Shown here: one piece after another, positions 30,619 through 42,153 of the stretch
How the letters are laid out: each line of letters opens with the position of its first letter
Numbering within the stretch: the stretch's first letter is position 1
Assembly (NCBI GenBank): GCA_949745595.1
Contig: CATJWN010000038.1
Span: 1,096-65,095 of the forward strand
Length of the DNA: 64,000 bases
Direction of reading: 5' to 3'
Origin: an uncultured Clostridia bacterium
GTDB lineage: Bacteria; Bacillota; Clostridia; TANB77; CAG-508
Notes under the pieces: generated by a model
What the model was told of the DNA's origin: nothing
Database searches by the model: none
The model's input: only the letters and a program-made list of their open reading frames with translations
Translations under genes and position numbers: made by a program

Positions 30619-31548
30619 ATGGAAAAATTATCTATTGTAGTTCCTTGTTATAATGAAGAAGATGTTATCGATATATTTTATGACAAGCTTATAGAAATAA
30701 CAGCTAAAATTTCAGATAAATATGACTATGAAATTGTTTTTATAGATGACGGAAGTAGCGATAAAACTTTTTCTAAAATGAAAAGTTTAAGGGAAAAAAA
30801 TTCTAAGATTAAGATTATAAGTTTTTCTAGAAATTTTGGAAAAGAAGCAGGGATTTATGCCGGGCTTGGCAGTAGTGTTGGTGATTTAGTTGTTGTGATG
30901 GATGCAGATTTACAACACCCACCAGAACTTATATTAGATATGATTAAATACATAGAAGAGGGCTATGATACAGTTGCTACAAGAAGGATAAACAGAAAAG
31001 GTGAACCTATATTCTCAAGTTTTTGTGCTAGTATGTTTTATAAATTAATAAATAAATTTATGGAAATAAAGCTAGAAGAAGGTGCACAAGATTTTAGAAT
31101 GATGAAAAGAAATGTAGTAGATGCAATTCTTTCTTTAGATGAATATAATAGATTTTCAAAAGGTATTTTCAGCTGGGTAGGTTTTAAATGTAAATATATT
31201 GAAGTAGAAAATGTAAAAAGAGCAGCTGGAAAAACTAAATGGAGTTTTGGTTCTTTATGGAAATATGCAATGGAAGGTATCACTTCCTTTACTACAGCAC
31301 CACTTAAGATTGCTACTATTATTGGAATTTTAGTATTTGTAATATCAACGATTTTTGCATTTACAATTATTATCCAAACTTTAATCTTAGGAAAAGATGT
31401 GCCAGGTTATGCTTCAACAATAGTATCAGTACTATTTATGGGTGCGATACAATTACTTTGTGTTGGTATACTTAGTGAATATATTTCTAAAATGTATATG
31501 GAGATAAAAGACAGGCCAAAATATATAATAAAAGAAAAAAGGAACTAA
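30619..31548 (+). CDS. GT2-family glycosyltransferase, GtrB/polyprenyl-phosphate sugar synthase-like
   Basis: LSIVVPCYNEE, FIDDGSSD, MDADLQHPP, plus two C-terminal TM helices. Confidence 0.8.
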   Translation: MEKLSIVVPCYNEEDVIDIFYDKLIEITAKISDKYDYEIVFIDDGSSDKTFSKMKSLREKNSKIKIISFSRNFGKEAGIYAGLGSSVGDLVVVMDADLQHPPELILDMIKYIEEGYDTVATRRINRKGEPIFSSFCASMFYKLINKFMEIKLEEGAQDFRMMKRNVVDAILSLDEYNRFSKGIFSWVGFKCKYIEVENVKRAAGKTKWSFGSLWKYAMEGITSFTTAPLKIATIIGILVFVISTIFAFTIIIQTLILGKDVPGYASTIVSVLFMGAIQLLCVGILSEYISKMYMEIKDRPKYIIKEKRN

Positions 31549-31562
31549 TAAGTTCCTTTTTT
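31539..31562. terminator. Bidirectional terminator between the GT2 gene and pdaA
   Basis: aaggaact-aata-agttcctt hairpin with flanking A and T runs. Confidence 0.65.
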
Positions 31563-32340
31563 AGTACTCAAAATTGTCTAGACTTTCGAAAGTATATCCC
31601 ATACCTCTAGCTTGCTGTATAAAATCGTCTAGTAACACCATATTATCTTCAGAAGTAGAGTGTACAAGTAGCACACAACCATTATGAAGATTATCTAAAA
31701 GTTTTTTCTTGCCATAGTCACTACGACCTTGGTTTGCTGTATTCCAATCGTCATAAGCGTTTGACCAAAGAACAGTAGTATATCCTAGATTTTTAAGAAA
31801 AGCTATAGAGCTATCATTAAACTCACCCTTAGGTGGTCTAAAATATTTCATTTCATAACCTGTTTTTTCTTGAACTGCGATATGCAAATCCATAACTTCT
31901 TTCTTTAGCTGTTCTTCAGAAAGAGCTGTAATATCCTTATGATTTACAGTATGATTTCCAACTTCGTGACCATCTTTAATCATTTGCATAACTAGCTCCT
32001 CAGCAGTGTTTAAGTAATGCGCAGTTATGAAAAAGGTAGCAGGGACATTATTCTTTTTTAGTGTAGCTAAAATGTTTTCAGTATATCCACCTTCATATCC
32101 AGAATCAAAAGTAAGATATATTTTTTTACTTTCGCTATTTCCCATAGCAATACCTTGATATTTCTCTAAAATTTTAAGTGGTTTGCTATCCAAACGAGGC
32201 TGACTGTGATCTGTTCCTCTGCAAAAACCCCAAGCGCATTTTTCATTATCTGTGCTAGCAAAAGTAGTTAAAGAATATTGAAGAACTATGGCTAAAATTA
32301 GAACGAAAATGTACATACTTTTTGTTAGTTTATTTCTCAT
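31561..32340 (-). CDS. pdaA: Polysaccharide deacetylase, PdaA-like (spore cortex delta-lactam biosynthesis)
   Basis: Signal peptide. YLTFDSGYEGGYT...TFFITAHY...GHEVGNHTVNH matches the NodB/PdaA motifs. Confidence 0.65.
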   Translation of the reverse strand: MRNKLTKSMYIFVLILAIVLQYSLTTFASTDNEKCAWGFCRGTDHSQPRLDSKPLKILEKYQGIAMGNSESKKIYLTFDSGYEGGYTENILATLKKNNVPATFFITAHYLNTAEELVMQMIKDGHEVGNHTVNHKDITALSEEQLKKEVMDLHIAVQEKTGYEMKYFRPPKGEFNDSSIAFLKNLGYTTVLWSNAYDDWNTANQGRSDYGKKKLLDNLHNGCVLLVHSTSEDNMVLLDDFIQQARGMGYTFESLDNFEY

Positions 32341-32450
32341 AAAAAACCTCCATAAAATTATTAATACTAATATATTGAGTATTTTGGAAAAATATGATAG
32401 AATAAACCCGTAAAAATAAAAGAAAGAAAGTTTTTAAACTAGGTGTGTTT

Positions 32451-32960
32451 ATGAAATTTTTAGATAAAATATTAGATGCTGAATTAGAAGAAAAATTTTT
32501 CAAAAAAACTATTTTTATAAGTATAGTAATTATTTTATTGATGGTTATTATAGTGTTTTTAAATTTAGGTTTTATGAGAAATTATAAAATTCCGGCAGAT
32601 GCTATCACTAAAAATGATGACAAAGTGAATTTTATAATTGACGATATTATGACTAGCAGAAAATACATTGAGATATCAGGTTGGGCATATAGAAGAGGTA
32701 AAAACGTAGGATGCTTTAATAATAGATTTATTATAAAGCATGAAGCTACTGGAAAATATTATGCTTTAAATACAGATATGACATATAAAGGTGAGTTATA
32801 TTCAGTAGATGAAGGGTATGATTGCAGACGTTCAGGAATGTATGCTAAAGGCATTGCAATAGGCCTTCCAAAAGGTTTGTATCAAATTTATATAGAATAC
32901 AAAAGCGATGGAGAAAACATAGTATTTGATACAGGAAAAGTGTTCAAGTTTGGTGGGTAG
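32451..32960 (+). CDS. Membrane-anchored protein of unknown function
   Basis: A single TM helix (IFISIVIILLMVIIVFLNLGF). Sits between the GT2 gene and the polytopic membrane protein. Start moved to the ATG at 32451. Confidence 0.45.
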   Translation: MKFLDKILDAELEEKFFKKTIFISIVIILLMVIIVFLNLGFMRNYKIPADAITKNDDKVNFIIDDIMTSRKYIEISGWAYRRGKNVGCFNNRFIIKHEATGKYYALNTDMTYKGELYSVDEGYDCRRSGMYAKGIAIGLPKGLYQIYIEYKSDGENIVFDTGKVFKFGG

Positions 32961-32971
32961 AGGTAAAAGAT

Positions 32972-34367
32972 ATGAATTTTATTAGTAAAGTAAAGAAAAA
33001 AGTAAATGATTTATTTGATGGAAATTATAGAGGAATTGCGATACTATTTGTTTTACAAATTATTCTTTTTATAACTATCAAACCTATTATGTATGATGAT
33101 GCGTCTTATATAACAGCAGTTACAGGAGTGCCAATTTCTAAATTTGTTGTAGAAAGATATCAGACTTGGACATCAAGAGTTTTGATTGAAGCAACACTTG
33201 GATTTATTTTCCAATTTTCAAAATATATTTGGATTTTTGGAACTGTTTTATTAATGACTTTAATCCGGATATTCAATGTCAAGATTATTCTTAAAAAAAG
33301 AGAATAAAAAAGAACTTTCAATGATGGTACTTTGGCTAGTTCTATTATATCCACTAGAGAGAATGTCTAGTGCAGGATGGGCAGCAACTACTGTTAATTA
33401 TATTTGGACACTTGCTTTAGGGATATTTTCTCTTATATCTATTAGAAAAGCTTATGATGGAGAGAAGATTGGTATAGTTTCAGGAATATTTTATGCACTT
33501 GCTGCTATTTATGCTTGTAATCAAGAACAAGTGTGTATGGTGTTATTTGTGACATATCTAGTATTTACAATCTTACTTACAGCTAGAGATAAGAAAAAAG
33601 TAAGTCCTATATTATATATACAAACTCTTATAGCTGTTTTAAGTTTAATTTTTATACTAACTACACCAGGCAATAATGTAAGAAAAATTGATGAAGTAGT
33701 AACATACTTCCCAGATTTTACAAATATGACTTTCATAGAAAAAGCTGCAATAGGAGTTACAACCACAATGGGCGAGATGCTAGTAAATTCTTCTATAACT
33801 TTCGCTATATTTACGTTTATAATGATGATGTATATTTGGGATAATTATAAAGATAGATTAGTTAGGGGAATATCAGCAGTACCTTTTGTAGCCACAATGG
33901 TACTAAGTTTTGCGAGTCCAATAACAGAAAAACTTTCTGTATCAGTGGGGTGGGTAATAAAGAATTTTACGGAAACAGAAGAGCTAATTTTAAGACCTGC
34001 AACTTTTAATTATTTAGGAAGTTATGTACCACTTATGATATCTTTAGTAGTTATAACTTGTATATTTATTTCACTATTATTGATATTTAAGAAACTAAGA
34101 AATAATGTAGCTTTTTATGTGTTTGGTTGTGGGCTTGCTACAAGAATTCTTATGGGCTTTTCTCCAACAGTTTTTGTATCAAGAAATAGAACTTGTATTT
34201 TCTTAGAGTTTGCTTGTTTAATTTGTGCACTACTTATTTGGCAAGAGTTTATAAAAAAGGCAGAGAAGAAAACAAAAACTAAAGTATATAATGTAGTTGC
34301 GGTTTCAGCTATTGTGCAATATGTAGTAACTTTGTCATTTATACTTATTTCACACATAAATCTTTAA
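32972..34367 (+). CDS. Polytopic membrane protein (possible GtrC-like/GT-C glycosyltransferase); needs a +1 shift at in-frame CGG 33266-33268
   Basis: Track ORFs 32972-33307 and 33276-34367 join as ...LLMTLI-GYSMSRLFLKKENKK...; 10 or more predicted TM helices. Function is inferred from context only. Confidence 0.55.
33266..33268 (+). other. In-frame CGG / +1 shift site (polytopic membrane protein)
   Basis: atc CGG ata. Skipping the C gives GGA TAT TCA ATG = GYSM, which joins the 363-aa downstream ORF. Confidence 0.7.
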
Positions 34368-34388
34368 TTAAATTTAGGAGGACAAAGG

Positions 34389-36989
34389 ATGAATATTCAG
34401 AAATTTACTGAAAAATCAAAGGATGTAATAGCAAATGCTAGTAATATAACAGCAGCAAATCAAAATGCTGAGATAACTGATTTCCATTTGTTTTTATCAA
34501 TGATAGATAATCAAGAAAATCTTATATATCAATTACTTGCGACTAATATGGGCGTCAATATTGATAATATGAAAATATTAGTACAAGAGCAAATTAATAA
34601 AGAACCAAAGATTACAGGAACAGTAGCAATGCGTTTCTCAACTCTTACAGATGAAATACTTAATAATGCAGAAAAGCAAGCTGAAATTATGAAAGATGAG
34701 TTCGTTTCAGTAGAGCATATAATGCTTGCGATTATTGATAAAGCAAGTCCAAACTTATCTAAGATTTTTAAAATTTTTAGAATTTCAAAGAATGCATTTT
34801 TAGTAGCTTTAAAAGCTGTTAGAGGAAATGTAAAAGTAAGTTCAGATAATCCAGAAGACACTTATGATGTGCTTAAAAAGTATGGTAAAGATGTTACAGC
34901 CTTAGCTCGTCAAAACAAATTGGATCCAGTAATTGGTAGAGACGACGAAATTAGAAATGTTATGAGAATTCTTACTCGTAAAACTAAAAACAATCCTTGT
35001 CTTATTGGTGAGCCTGGTGTCGGTAAAACAGCTATTGTTGAAGGACTAGCTCAAAGAATTATTAGAGGAGATGTTCCAACAAGTTTAAAAGGAAAAACAA
35101 TATATTCTTTAGATTTAGGTCTTCTTATAGCTGGAGCTAAATATAGAGGAGAGTTTGAAGAAAGATTAAAGAGTATATTAGATGAGCTAGAAAGTGCTAA
35201 TGGAAATATATTATTATTTATAGATGAAATACACCAATTAGTAGGGGCAGGTAAAACAGATGGTGCAATGGATGCAAGTAATTTATTAAAACCAAAACTT
35301 GCTAGGGGTGAGCTTCACTGTATGGGTGCTACAACACTTGACGAATATAGAGAATATATTGAGAAAGATGCAGCCTTAGCTAGACGTTTTCAATCAGTTT
35401 TAGTAGAAGAGCCAAGTGTTGATGATGCAATTACTATACTTCGTGGTATTCAAGAAAAATTTGAAATTTTCCATGGTGTTAAAATACAAGATCAAGCTTT
35501 AATACAAGCAGCAACACTTGCTGATAGATACATTACAGATAGGTATTTACCAGATAAGGCAATAGATTTAATAGACGAGGCTTGTGCTATGATTAGAACA
35601 GAAATGGAGTCTATGCCAACAGAAGTAGACGAGATTTCTAGAAAGATTATGCAACATGAAATAGAAGAGGCTGCTTTATCAAGAGAAGAGGACGAAAAGA
35701 GTAAAGAAAAGCTTAGTAAAGTACAAGCAGAGCTTGCAACTTTAAGACAATCTTTTAAGGAAATGAAAGAAAAATGGGAGCAAGAGAAAAAGGCTATTTT
35801 AAAAGTACAAAAATTAAAAACTAAAATAGACGAAGTAAATGCACAGATTGCTCAGGCAGAAAGAGTTTATGATTTAAATAAAGCTGCTGAACTTAAATAT
35901 TCAACACTTCCACAATTACAACAAGTTTTAGCACAAGAAGAAAAAGAGGTAGAGAAGAGCCAAGGTAAGAAGCGTTTACTTAGAAATAAAGTTACAGCAG
36001 ATGAGATTTCTCAAGTTGTTGCAAAATGGACAGGAATACCTGTTACAAAACTTGTAGAAGGCGAAAGAAAGAAATTATTAGAGCTAGAGGATACACTTCA
36101 TAAAAATGTTGTAGGACAAGATGAAGCTGTTAAGAGAGTTAGTGAGGCAATTCTTCGTTCAAGAGCAGGTATTGCAAATCCAAATAGACCAATAGGTTCT
36201 TTCTTATTCTTAGGTCCAACTGGAGTTGGTAAAACAGAACTTGCCAAAACACTTGCTAAAAATTTATTTGATGATGAGAAAAATATGGTAAGGTTTGATA
36301 TGTCTGAATATATGGAGAAGTTCAGTGTAACAAGACTTATAGGTGCACCTCCAGGATATGTAGGTTATGAAGAAGGAGGTCAACTTACAGAAGCAGTTAG
36401 AAGAAAACCATATTCAGTTATATTATTTGACGAGGTAGAAAAAGCTCACCCAGATGTATTTAATATTTTTTTACAGATATTGGATGATGGTAGAGTTACA
36501 GACAGTCAAGGAAGAACTGTGGACTTTAAAAACAGTATTATAATTCTAACTTCAAATTTAGGAGCACATGTAATTTTAGAAAGTATACAAAAACATAAAA
36601 AGATTACAGACGAAGCAAAAGAAGAAATAGATGCTGCTTTGAAAGGACATTTTAGGCCAGAGTTTTTAAATAGATTAGATGAGATTGTGTATTTCCAAGC
36701 TTTAGGAAAAGAGCAAGTATATGGAATTGTTGAACTTATGCTTTCAGACTTGCGTAATAGATTAACTTTGCAAGGTTTTGATTTGAGCGTTACTTCAGAG
36801 GCCATTAATTATATAATTGATATCGGTTATGATATTGAGTTTGGTGCAAGGCCACTTAAAAGAACAATACAAGCAGAAATTGAGACTTTAATTAGTAAGA
36901 AAATTATAGCAAACGAAGTAAAACCAGGCTCAACAATACAAGTATACTATGACGAAGAAGCAAAAGAATTAGCAATGAAGGAGTTATAA
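34389..36989 (+). CDS. clpB: ATP-dependent chaperone/disaggregase ClpB
   Basis: 866 aa. Two AAA+ modules (GEPGVGKTA; GPTGVGKTE) with a long middle coiled coil. Confidence 0.9.
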   Translation: MNIQKFTEKSKDVIANASNITAANQNAEITDFHLFLSMIDNQENLIYQLLATNMGVNIDNMKILVQEQINKEPKITGTVAMRFSTLTDEILNNAEKQAEIMKDEFVSVEHIMLAIIDKASPNLSKIFKIFRISKNAFLVALKAVRGNVKVSSDNPEDTYDVLKKYGKDVTALARQNKLDPVIGRDDEIRNVMRILTRKTKNNPCLIGEPGVGKTAIVEGLAQRIIRGDVPTSLKGKTIYSLDLGLLIAGAKYRGEFEERLKSILDELESANGNILLFIDEIHQLVGAGKTDGAMDASNLLKPKLARGELHCMGATTLDEYREYIEKDAALARRFQSVLVEEPSVDDAITILRGIQEKFEIFHGVKIQDQALIQAATLADRYITDRYLPDKAIDLIDEACAMIRTEMESMPTEVDEISRKIMQHEIEEAALSREEDEKSKEKLSKVQAELATLRQSFKEMKEKWEQEKKAILKVQKLKTKIDEVNAQIAQAERVYDLNKAAELKYSTLPQLQQVLAQEEKEVEKSQGKKRLLRNKVTADEISQVVAKWTGIPVTKLVEGERKKLLELEDTLHKNVVGQDEAVKRVSEAILRSRAGIANPNRPIGSFLFLGPTGVGKTELAKTLAKNLFDDEKNMVRFDMSEYMEKFSVTRLIGAPPGYVGYEEGGQLTEAVRRKPYSVILFDEVEKAHPDVFNIFLQILDDGRVTDSQGRTVDFKNSIIILTSNLGAHVILESIQKHKKITDEAKEEIDAALKGHFRPEFLNRLDEIVYFQALGKEQVYGIVELMLSDLRNRLTLQGFDLSVTSEAINYIIDIGYDIEFGARPLKRTIQAEIETLISKKIIANEVKPGSTIQVYYDEEAKELAMKEL

Positions 36990-38039
36990 TGAAAGTAATA
37001 TTAGGAATGAGTGGAGGCGTTGATAGTAGCGTTTCTGCTCTTCTTCTTAAAAAACAAGGATATGAAGTAATAGGTGTAACAATGGAACTATATAGGGGGA
37101 GTAGTTGTTGCAACAAAGATACATATTTAGATGCAAAAAATGTTTGCAATAGGTTAGGAATTATGCATTTTACTTTGGACTACAAAGAGGAATTTCAAAA
37201 ATATGTTATTGATGATTTTATATGTAATTATAGAAACTGTAAGACACCTAATCCTTGTATAGAATGTAATAAGTATTTGAAATTCGGATTAATGTATGAA
37301 AAAGCTAAAGAGTTGGGCTGCGAATATATTGCCACTGGTCATTATGCAAAAGCAGAGTACAGTGAAAAATATGGAAGAAAAGTCATAAAGAAGTCTAGTT
37401 CACAAAGTAAAGACCAAAGCTATGTTTTATGGAGTGTGCCAAAAGAAGTAGTAGAACATCTAGTTTTTCCTCTTTCAGATTTTGAAAATAAAGAGCAAAT
37501 TAGAGAAATTGCAAGAGAAAATGATTTAAAAGTTGCAAATAAGCCAGATAGTGAAGATATATGTTTTATACCTGATAGAGATTACAAGAAGTTTTTAGAA
37601 GAGAAAGCAAACTTTTCCACAAAAGAAGGAAATATTGTGGATAAAGCTGGAAATATTTTAGGAAAACATCAAGGACTATACAGATATACTATTGGTCAGC
37701 GTAAAGGTCTTGGAATTGCTCATCCTACTCCTTTGTTTGTGCTAGGTTTTGACGTAAGTAAAAATGAAGTTATAGTAGGAGAGCATAATGAGTTATTCCA
37801 AAAAGAGTTGAAAGTAGAAGAAGTAAATCTTTTAGCAGTAGAAGAAGTTAAAGATGGAATGGAAGTTCAAACTAAAATTAGATATGCAGCAAAACCAGTA
37901 AAAAGCAAATTATATAAGCTACAATCAGATAGAATAAAAGTAGTATTTGAAGAAGTAGTAAGAGGTATAACACCTCGGTCAATCAGCTGTTTTTTATGAC
38001 GAAGATATATTAATTGGAGGAGGAAAAATATGCCTATAG
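36989..38039 (+). CDS. mnmA: tRNA 2-thiouridine(34) synthase MnmA; needs a +1 shift at in-frame CGG 37976-37978
   Basis: PP-loop GMSGGVDSSV. The junction ...VVRGITP-GQSAVFYDEDILIGGGKICL* restores the conserved C-terminal GQ-AVFY motif. Overlaps the next gene by 10 nt. Confidence 0.85.
37976..37978 (+). other. In-frame CGG / +1 shift site (mnmA)
   Basis: cct CGG tca. Skipping the C gives GGT CAA TCA GCT GTT TTT TAT = GQSAVFY. Confidence 0.85.
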
Positions 38040-38554
38040 CAAAAGAGGTGCTAGAAGCACAGGAAAAAACTAATGATTTAGAATTTTTTAAAGAACGTGT
38101 AAAAACTATGCCACTTTTAATTGAATGGGCAAATGATGAGATTAGAAATAACAAAGAAGTTTTGCTTACTGCTGTGAAAGTAGATGGTGGGGCTTTAGAG
38201 TTTGCAAGTGATAATTTGAAAAATGATAAAGATATACTTCTTGCAGCTGTAAGCCAAGCGGCTTGGACAGGATGTTATGCAAGTGAGCGATTAAGAGACG
38301 ATAAAGATGTTATGATAACAGGTGCTAAAAAAGATGGACAAATTCTATATTATGCAAGTGAACGATTAAGAGATGATGAAGATGTGGTAAAAACAGCCAT
38401 AGAAAATAAGCCAATTATTTTCAAATATGCAAGTTATAGGTTAAGAGGAAATAAAGAATTGGCTAAGCTTGCAGTTTCAAAAGTAGGGAAAGCAGTTCTT
38501 GGTTATTTAACTCCAGAACTGCAAAAAGATGAAGAGATATTAGGATTGATATAA
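38030..38554 (+). CDS. DUF4116 repeat protein
   Basis: Repeated units of the form NKEVLLTAVKVDGGALEFASDNLKNDKDILLAAV. Confidence 0.6.
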   Translation: MPIAKEVLEAQEKTNDLEFFKERVKTMPLLIEWANDEIRNNKEVLLTAVKVDGGALEFASDNLKNDKDILLAAVSQAAWTGCYASERLRDDKDVMITGAKKDGQILYYASERLRDDEDVVKTAIENKPIIFKYASYRLRGNKELAKLAVSKVGKAVLGYLTPELQKDEEILGLI

Positions 38555-38564
38555 GATAATACAT

Positions 38565-38612
38565 AAAACACCCTTATTTAGAATATATATTCTAAAAGAA
38601 AGGGTGTTTTTT
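38565..38612 (+). terminator. Long imperfect hairpin plus T-run after the DUF4116 gene, abutting the yqfC start
   Basis: aaaacaccctt...aagggtgtttt outer stem with an inner ttagaatat|atattctaa palindrome. Confidence 0.5.
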
Positions 38613-38873
38613 ATGAGAAAAATAAATGATATTTTAGATATTCCAAAAGACGTTTGGGGTAAAACCCCTAGAATAACCGTAACTGGTTTTGAAGAAATTT
38701 TGATAGAAAATTTTAAGGGTATTTTGGAATATGAAGATTTTTTTGCAAGAATAAATACACATATAGGTGTAGTAAATATAAATGGGTTTAATCTTAAATT
38801 AAATCAAATGACAGAAGACGATATTTTAGTAACTGGAAAAATTAATAGTATTGATTTTGAAAGTAAAAGATAG
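38613..38873 (+). CDS. yqfC: Sporulation protein YqfC
   Basis: MRKINDILDIPKDVWGKTPRITVTGFEEILIENFKGILEY matches YqfC, and the gene is followed by yqfD. Confidence 0.8.
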   Translation: MRKINDILDIPKDVWGKTPRITVTGFEEILIENFKGILEYEDFFARINTHIGVVNINGFNLKLNQMTEDDILVTGKINSIDFESKR

Positions 38874-38887
38874 GAGGCTTATAGGGC

Positions 38888-40073
38888 GTGGACTTTAGAG
38901 ACTTATATATGTATTTTACAGGCTTTGTAACTATTTCAGTAGAGGGATTTTTTACAGAAAGGTTCATAAATAGTTGTTTTTCAAATGCTATTTTTTTATG
39001 GGATTTGAAGAGAGAAAAGAGTACATATTTAAGGGTAAAGATAAGTAGTAAGGATTTTAAAAAAATAAGGAAAATTGCTAGAAAAACAAAATGCAAAGTC
39101 AAGATAGAAAAGAAGAGAGGTCTTCCTATTTTAGCAAATAGGTATAGAAAAAGAAAAATATTTTTAATAGTTTTAGCAATTATAATTGCATTTATGATTT
39201 TTATTACTAGATTTATTTGGAATATTGATATTATAGGTGAGAATAATATAAATGCAGATGAAATAAAGACTTTACTTTCAGAAAATGGAATTAGTGTAGG
39301 AAAATTAAAGGGTAGTTTTAATTTAGATAAAGCGATAAATAAAATTCGTATGGAAAGAGAAGATATATCTTGGATAGGAATTGATATAAAAGGTACTAAT
39401 TTAATTGTAAAAATAAATGAAGCTGATAAGTCTCCAGAAGTAATTGATGTAAATGAGGTATGCAATATTGTTGCAGATAAGTCAGGAGAAATATCAAAGA
39501 TACTTGTTAAACAGGGTACTGCAAGAGTAGAAGTTGGTGATGAGGTTAAGGCTCGGAGATTTATTAGTAGAAGGAGTTATGGAAGGAAAGTATACAGGCA
39601 TTAGAAATGTTCATGCAATGGCTGACATAGAGATAAAGAAAACTGCTGAAAAAGCAGAAAAACAAAGTTTGGTGCAAAATATTGATACAAAAACTGGAAA
39701 TGAGGAGAAAAAAATAGAAATAAAATTGCATAAAATTAAAATAAATTTTCATAAAAGGCTTTCAAAATTTCAAAAATATGATACAATAATTACAACTAAA
39801 AAAATTAAGTTCTTTTCTAATTTTTATTTACCGATAGAAATATCTAAAATAACAAATTTAGAAACAATACAAGAACGCAAAGAATATACAGTACCAGAGC
39901 TTACAGAGAAAATAAAAACTGATTTGGAACAAAAATTAAATGAAGAGTTAGGAATAGAAAATTCTGAAAATATAGAGAAAAATATAGAAGTAGAAAATTT
40001 AGGAAATGAGATTTTAGTTAAGTTAGTTTATACTTTATATGAGAAGATTGGTACAAAAGAAATATTAAGATAG
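38888..40073 (+). CDS. yqfD: Sporulation protein YqfD; needs a +1 shift at in-frame CGG 39554-39556
   Basis: FTGFVTISVEGFFTERFIN start and a central TM helix. Junction ...VGDEVKA-GDLLVEGVMEGKYTGIRNVHA. Confidence 0.8.
39554..39556 (+). other. In-frame CGG / +1 shift site (yqfD)
   Basis: gct CGG aga. Skipping the C gives GGA GAT TTA TTA GTA = GDLLV. Confidence 0.8.
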
Positions 40074-40087
40074 TGGGGGTGCCTAGC

Positions 40088-41266
40088 ATGGAAGAAAGAA
40101 GTTTGAGAGTACTACCAGCAGAGACAACTTTTTTTAATAAGATATCAAATACTTTAACAAAACTACTTATACCAACCAAAATAAGCTTAAATGGTGTAAT
40201 GATAAATATTAAAAGAAATAGCACACTTAAAAATTATGAGAACTATAAAGAAGCGCAGCAAAGTGAAGATGTAGATAAAAAAGAAAGTTATGCAAAAAGA
40301 TATGAAGAGAGTTATGCCTTGTATTTAGAATCGATTGATAAATTTATTATGGATTCTATTTATAAAAAGGTTAAAAATGGTGTTGCATCAAGTTTTGAAC
40401 AAAATGCCTTATCTACATATTATACAATTGTTAGATTAAAAGATACTGAGTATTTGGAATATAAATACAGAAAGCAAAAATTTTTGTTAGAGCTTGATTA
40501 TGAGAGCATGCAAAGCGCTGGTAAGGATAAGATTGTTCAAAGATATCAGGGAATGTACATAGAAAAAATTGATGGTTTATATAAAGGTATTTTGAAAAAT
40601 TATTCTGTTAAATTAGCAGATGGACAGAGAGAAAAAAGAGCTGAAAATGTTGAGATTTATAAAAATATATTCTCAACATTAGAAGAGTACATTAGAAATG
40701 TTTTACCTATCAAAATTAAAATTGATGAGAATAATACTTATGCAAAAATTATAAAAGAATATGAAGATTTTGATAGATTTACAATTGGTAAATTAGATGA
40801 AAAGGAATTCTTAGAGAAGAATATGATTTTATTAGGACTAAGTCGTTCTTTGTTTACACATAGTTTACCACTTGTAGCAGCTGAGCAATGCTATCAAAAG
40901 TTATTAAAAGATACAAGAAATTTAATTATAAATGTTAAAACAGATAGAAAAAGAGAAGAAGCTTATCAAATGCTTTTAAAGCTAGTTGAAGATTATAATG
41001 TCAAATTACTTTCAACAAAAGTATACTGGGACAAGCCTGATGAAAGAGAGGCTTATAAAAATTTCTGGAATGCATATAGTAAATCAGATTCAGAAAGAGA
41101 AAAAGAAATTTTATCATTAAAAAGAGAGTTATATGAACTAAATAATGGAGAAGCAAGATGGGACAAGATTCGTAAATTCTATAAAGGAAAATTAGTAGAA
41201 TATGGTGTCATGAGAGCACTTCCAAATGCTTGTAAAACTTTGGCTGGAGTTCATAGGAAAATTTAA
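40088..41266 (+). CDS. Hypothetical, mostly helical protein (392 aa)
   Basis: Long ORF between yqfD and ybeY with no family I recognise. I prefer the ATG at 40088. Confidence 0.5.
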   Translation: MEERSLRVLPAETTFFNKISNTLTKLLIPTKISLNGVMINIKRNSTLKNYENYKEAQQSEDVDKKESYAKRYEESYALYLESIDKFIMDSIYKKVKNGVASSFEQNALSTYYTIVRLKDTEYLEYKYRKQKFLLELDYESMQSAGKDKIVQRYQGMYIEKIDGLYKGILKNYSVKLADGQREKRAENVEIYKNIFSTLEEYIRNVLPIKIKIDENNTYAKIIKEYEDFDRFTIGKLDEKEFLEKNMILLGLSRSLFTHSLPLVAAEQCYQKLLKDTRNLIINVKTDRKREEAYQMLLKLVEDYNVKLLSTKVYWDKPDEREAYKNFWNAYSKSDSEREKEILSLKRELYELNNGEARWDKIRKFYKGKLVEYGVMRALPNACKTLAGVHRKI

Positions 41267-41277
41267 AAGGAGTATAG

Positions 41278-41757
41278 ATGGAAAATTTTACAGAAATTCA
41301 TTTTTTAGACATCGTAGAAAATGAAGAATATATTAATTTTGTAGAGAAAGTAATAAAAAAATGCTTTGAAATAGAAAAACTAGATAAAGCAAATTTATAT
41401 GTTGGGATTACATTAACTAATCCTGCAAATATTAAAAGGATAAACGGAGAATATAGAAGAATTGAAAGTGAAACTGATGTGCTTTCATTTCCAATGTTTG
41501 AAAAAGACGAAATTGAAGAAATGAAAATAAATAAATCTGAGCATGAAGAAGCTTTAGGCGATATAGTTGTTTCTATTGCAAGAGTAAAGGAACAAGCTAT
41601 GGATTATGGACATAGTTTTGAAAGAGAACTTGCATATATGATAGTACATGGATTCTATCATCTTATGGGTGAAGATCATATGAATCAGGACGAGAAGGCT
41701 AGAATGAGGAAAAAAGAGGAAAACGTTCTTGAACAATTAGACATTACGAGGAATTAG
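41278..41757 (+). CDS. ybeY: rRNA maturation endoribonuclease YbeY
   Basis: Metal-binding motif HGFYHLMGEDH. Confidence 0.9.
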   Translation: MENFTEIHFLDIVENEEYINFVEKVIKKCFEIEKLDKANLYVGITLTNPANIKRINGEYRRIESETDVLSFPMFEKDEIEEMKINKSEHEEALGDIVVSIARVKEQAMDYGHSFERELAYMIVHGFYHLMGEDHMNQDEKARMRKKEENVLEQLDITRN

Positions 41758-41759
41758 GT

Positions 41760-42140
41760 ATGGAAAAACGAAAATGGCAAGCAGAAAATTTTTGGAAATC
41801 TTTTAAATGTGCTGTATCAGGAATTGTATATAGTATTAAAACGGGCAGAAATTTGATAATCCAATTATGTTTTGCTTTGCTAGCAATTATTTTTGGAATT
41901 ATATTGAAAATATCAAAGATAGAATGGGCAATAATAATATTTACAATAGTATTTGTTATTTTTTCAGAGATGCTAAATACGGCAATTGAAACAGTTGTTG
42001 ATTTAGTTACTGAAGAATATAATGAAAAAGCAAAAATTGCAAAGGATGTTGCTGCAGGAGCAGTATTAATTTCAGCAATCAATAGTATTGCTATAGGGTT
42101 AATAATATACATGGATAAAATATTGGAAATAATATTTTAG
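41760..42140 (+). CDS. dgkA: Diacylglycerol/undecaprenol kinase (DgkA family)
   Basis: 126 aa with three TM helices. Motifs EMLNTAIETVVD and AKDVAAGAVL. Confidence 0.85.
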   Translation: MEKRKWQAENFWKSFKCAVSGIVYSIKTGRNLIIQLCFALLAIIFGIILKISKIEWAIIIFTIVFVIFSEMLNTAIETVVDLVTEEYNEKAKIAKDVAAGAVLISAINSIAIGLIIYMDKILEIIF

Positions 42141-42153
42141 ATAGGAGAGTTTT

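Noticed and set aside
38842-39465. 207-aa minus-strand ORF opposite yqfD
   Set aside because: It lies fully inside yqfD, which has recognisable homology. The sequence is hydrophobic and low-complexity, as is typical of AT-rich antisense frames.
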